Below are positions 60,276 to 64,000 of a stretch of 64,000 nucleotides of DNA, in pieces. This stretch comes from Felis catus. Its lineage: Eukaryota. Position numbers and translations under genes: made by a program. The notes below the pieces were generated by a model. The model was not told the DNA's origin, searched no databases, and saw only the letters and a list, made by a program, of their open reading frames with translations. Every line of letters begins with the position of its first letter. The stretch's first letter is position 1. The stretch is taken from positions 186,436,001 through 186,500,000 of the forward strand of contig NC_058368.1 in the NCBI RefSeq assembly GCF_018350175.1, in the 5' to 3' direction.

Positions 60276-61269
60276 ACATGTTAATTTTCAGTTAAATAGT
60301 TTAAATTGGTTTTTATGTCATCAGGCTTACTATGGCCAAGAATTTTGCAGAAACTCAGACTTAATGTTAGTCTTAAACTGTTGAAGGAGAAACACTCAGG
60401 ACTCAGTGAACATAGAATTCACATTTCTAATTCTATGTGATAAAACATCATTAAGACATAAGCCCATACTTTGCAATTTATAGTAATTTAGAGATAATTT
60501 TTATTTTCCAGTGTCTGTGAAAGCAAGGTTTACCAGACATATAAATAAAGGGTATTTTTAATTAGCATAAGAGAAAAAAAATTTATAACAGTTAAACTAC
60601 TCTAGGATCCTTTAGCATATACAAATAAATAAAGGTGCATTAATGCATAAGATATATGTAAATATTGTTTAAAAATGATTCTTATTTGTATATTACACTA
60701 GGTTCCAGGAAGCCATATACTTGACACACTTTATTAGTAATTGGTAAGTTTATATTATTGTATGTACTGAAAGTAATAAATGTATATGTTCTTCCTACAT
60801 AGTGTTTCTGATGTTCTCCCTAGTCTTTAGTATTACTGAAATTTCTAAATATTATTTTATAAGACCCCAATCAATATTTAAAGCTAAAAGATCCATTATT
60901 CATTTAAAAAAGTAATAGTACTTTTTTAAATACTTTTTTTGAAAAGTAATCATTTAAAAAGTATTTAAATGATTTGGCAAAATGGGTAACCCATGTTCCA
61001 TGAAACCTTCCCCAAAATCATCACTGCTGATGATTCACCACCAGCAGCAGGTCAGTGAAACCGACCTGGCACCGTGGGCATATTCCATACTTGTTCTTCA
61101 TCAGATAAAAGGCTATGATACAGAATTCCACATTACCCCCTCCCAACGGAGTTGTGTTAGTTTCCAGGGAAGGAATCAGGGAGGCAGAGGGACAGAGTGC
61201 ATTACCTTCTGTATTTTATACCATATGCACATAATGTCTACTCCAAAATTAACATACATTTTAAGAATT

Positions 61270-62622
61270 TAATACAGCTGAACAGTCCTTTATCAGAATA
61301 TTCTCTTTCCTTGGCTTTTATCACCATGGTATCTTCCTCTTACCTATTAGGCCAGTCCTAATTTGAGTCTTTTGATGGCTGTAACTGTCTTTTACCAGAA
61401 GATTCTCTTCTAGATCCTCTAGTATCCTCATTCTGCTCATCCTCCTGAGAAAAGTCTTATGTGCTCTTATGATTTAAGTTATTTACACCCTCAGCATCTT
61501 CAAATATATACTCATTCATTAAAACATATGTATTAAGTGTCTACTATAGGCACTAGGTACTGGAATACAGCAGTGAGTAAATCAGATAAAAATCTCTGTG
61601 ATTTCTTTTTAACTTTTATTCCATGCAGTAAGATGAAAATAAAATGTGTAAAATATAATACAGTAGTAATATTTTCTAAAGAGACAATACAAAGTAGGAA
61701 AGGGTAACAAAGGTGTTAGGATGAAACATGGAAATTTTCTATTGGTCCCACCTCAACCCTCACTTCTGAGCTTCAGGTGCATATATCAAAACATTCAGTG
61801 TGCCTTGGATGTCTAGCAGGTACCTTAAACTTAAACTGTGACCCACACTGACTGTATTATCTCCAGCAACTTTTTCCAGCACCACTACTGAACTACTCAA
61901 ACCAGAAATGTGTGAGTCATCTTTGGATACCTCTCTCATTCCCTATATTCCATCTGTCACAAAGTGTAGTCAGTTCTATCACATAACTTGGGCCACTTCC
62001 CTACATCTTTACTGTCACTGTCCTAATTCAGGTGAACATCAATTCTCCTCTGGATTCCTGCAAAAACAGATCTCACGACAGCTACTACCATCTTCCTCCA
62101 GTGTCACTAAAACTCATCCTGTCATTCCCCTACCTCAACAGATCAATGGTCCCAAATTGCTACTGCCCAGATCTCTAACTGCATCACTCTTGGGACCACT
62201 CTTACCCTTCTCCTTTAGTCTTAGGGTTCTTCCTTCATTCTTCATCTCTGCTATCCTCTCTTGGCCCAAGATATTTGCACATACTATTTCTTCTTCCTGG
62301 AACATTCTTCCCCCAACTCTTCATTAGGCTAACTCATCTTTCAAATCTCAATTGAAGCATGAATTTATCCAGCAAGTTTTATTCAAAAACTCAAACTGGT
62401 TTATTTGCAGCAATTATGGATTCCATAATATCCTGTCTTTCCCACTTTACACATCATGCTACACCAGTTATTACTTCTATAATGGCTCTACCCACGTGGG
62501 AGTGTGAACTCCAAGAGGATAAGGACCATGTCTGCCTTTACCACATGTCATCCCCAGTGCTTGTTAAATAATGTTTGACATAGAGTAGGTGCCCAGTACA
62601 TATTTACTGAATAAATGAATGA
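61270..62622 (+). mobile_element. L2, long 3' portion, with an opposite-strand L2 fragment nested at ~61512-61735
   Basis: CTTGGATGTCTAGCAGGTACCTTAAACTTAA...CCTGGAACATTCTTCCCCCA...CATAGAGTAGGTGCCCAGTACATATTTACTGAATAAATGAATGA; nested TCATTCATT..ACATATGTATTAAGTGTCTACTAT. Confidence 0.8.
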
Positions 62623-63224
62623 CTATTTTAGTAAAGATTAAGGGCAGATGATTGATGATTGCTTTTATCTGGCATTTATATGCTTCATGCACAGAGATGA
62701 TTTTGAGTCATGATCTCTAAATAGTACTTACAATTTTGCCTTCTCATTGTGTATCTGGGATCACAGAGGATGCTCTCCAGCAACTGATACATCTTCAGAT
62801 TCCAGTAGTGCCCTCCCTTGCACATTATTGTTCCAATTTTCACATTCCTAGGTAGCGATATCAGTCTTCCAGAGAGAAGTCCTAGAGAAGTCCTAGAAGT
62901 CTGCTGTACAATAAAGACCCATTTCAGGTATAAGTTGATCTCAGGTTTTATAGCTAGTGGAAATATCTCTTTGATTATGTTAGTAACATCTATTGGTAAT
63001 AGATATCCCTGAGATGTTACCACAAAGAGAAAATATTTTTTCTCCTTTTGATTGGTTTCAATACATTGCCTTTTTAACCTTAATTCCCTTGAAATGTCTG
63101 TTTCTCTCTTCTCAAGCCAGTCTACGATAATCGCATTAAATTTATGTCCACTCAGACTATATAGATTAATGCTATTAAACCTTGTTTGTTTTCCTGTCCA
63201 CTCATTATGCTTTATTATTAAAAA

Positions 63225-63455
63225 TTGTTAATATTTGTTAATTTCATGCCAAATGCTCCACATATATTTATGTCATTGTAAAATCAAATGGAGAAGGTGC
63301 AATTATCATTCTCAGTTTTACACAGGAGTAAACCATGGCTTAGAGAGGCTAACTGACCTGTCCAAGTCACAAAGATACGGAGTATTCAAACTGGGATTTA
63401 AACCCAAAGTTCTGCCTCCAGTTCCTTTGAAACTGTCAGTTTGCACTGTGCTATT
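63225..63455 (-). mobile_element. MIR
   Basis: CAGTTTTACACAGGAG..GGCTTAGAGAGGCTAACTGACCTGTCCAAGTCACA...CTGGGATTTAAACCCA. Confidence 0.75.
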
Positions 63456-63629
63456 GTTTTACATGCTGAGACACAAGTAATTTTAACTCTTTGCCCACCT
63501 CTCCTTTAATTTTCTGTATAAGGTAAGCCTTCAATAAGTACTTGTTTAACTCTTCACTGGGCTGTTATTATTACTGCTGAATGACAGTATTTGTGGTACT
63601 GTTCTTTTCACTGATTTTTTCTTTCCTAA

Positions 63630-64000
63630 CCCAAACTGAAGAGAGCGTAAGCGGGAGAGGCTGGCAGTGCAGAAAGTGCAACAAGAATAAATAAAAGTCG
63701 GCAGGAAAGACAAGATTGCTAGGGTTTCACCAGTTAGTTACTTGGGGTTCAAACTGCTTTAGGAATCCGCTGGACGTAATGCTAGTAATCTAAACTTTGT
63801 TCTTCCTTCAGGACGTTCGCTTGTGTAAAAGATTCCCATTGTAGAGAAATGTAAAAAGAAATGGAGGAAAATTGGCAATTTTGCTCTATCATGGGTCTAT
63901 ATTTTGGTTCCTGTAACTCGCAACCTGAGTAATTAATGATGGAAGAATTACAGATTTTTACCTTTCTCGTTTATGGCGCTGATTTTCACCTGTCCCTAAT
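63630..64000. promoter_or_regulatory. Candidate conserved non-coding element, running off the window edge
   Basis: Repeat-free, 10 CpGs in about 360 bp of AT-rich DNA, TAATTA and TTTATGG homeodomain-type motifs. Confidence 0.35.

Noticed and set aside
61908..62327. Longest ORF (139 aa) as a novel gene
   Set aside because: It lies entirely within a decayed L2, and its S/P/L-rich composition reflects the pyrimidine-rich L2 strand.
21497..63978. Recurring TTTATGGC (HOX/CDX-like) motifs at ~21499, 42892, 55604, 57387 and 63970
   Set aside because: A few occurrences are expected by chance in 64 kb of AT-rich DNA on two strands, and they are not clustered.
1..64000. ORF-track entries as host protein-coding genes
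   Set aside because: All are 139 aa or shorter, many begin at non-ATG codons, and the recognisable ones are L1 ORF2 debris or SINE read-through (e.g. AEREGDTESEAGSR). No chain of coding exons is evident.

Overview
AT-rich mammalian non-coding DNA, almost certainly from a felid: there are about 23 tRNA-derived CAN-SINEs, and four are young, CpG-rich SINEC_Fc-type copies. I find no supportable protein-coding gene, RNA gene or CRISPR array. The only ORFs I recognise are decayed LINE-1 ORF2 remnants (endonuclease, RT and C-terminal motifs); the rest look like chance ORFs or SINE read-throughs. The window is largely a fossil record of transposons: old L1s, an ~8.6 kb full-length carnivore-age L1 inside a six-level nested stack, a twin-primed 5'-inverted L1, ERVL-MaLR (MLT1) and LTR16 solo LTRs, MIR, L2, MER5 and microsatellites. 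A few repeat-free, CpG-retaining islands may be conserved regulatory elements (about 26.9 kb, 51.9 kb and 63.6-64.0 kb). I did not find a convincing previously undescribed biological system. Repeat subfamily names come from remembered consensus sequences, and boundaries of old repeats are approximate (tens of bp).
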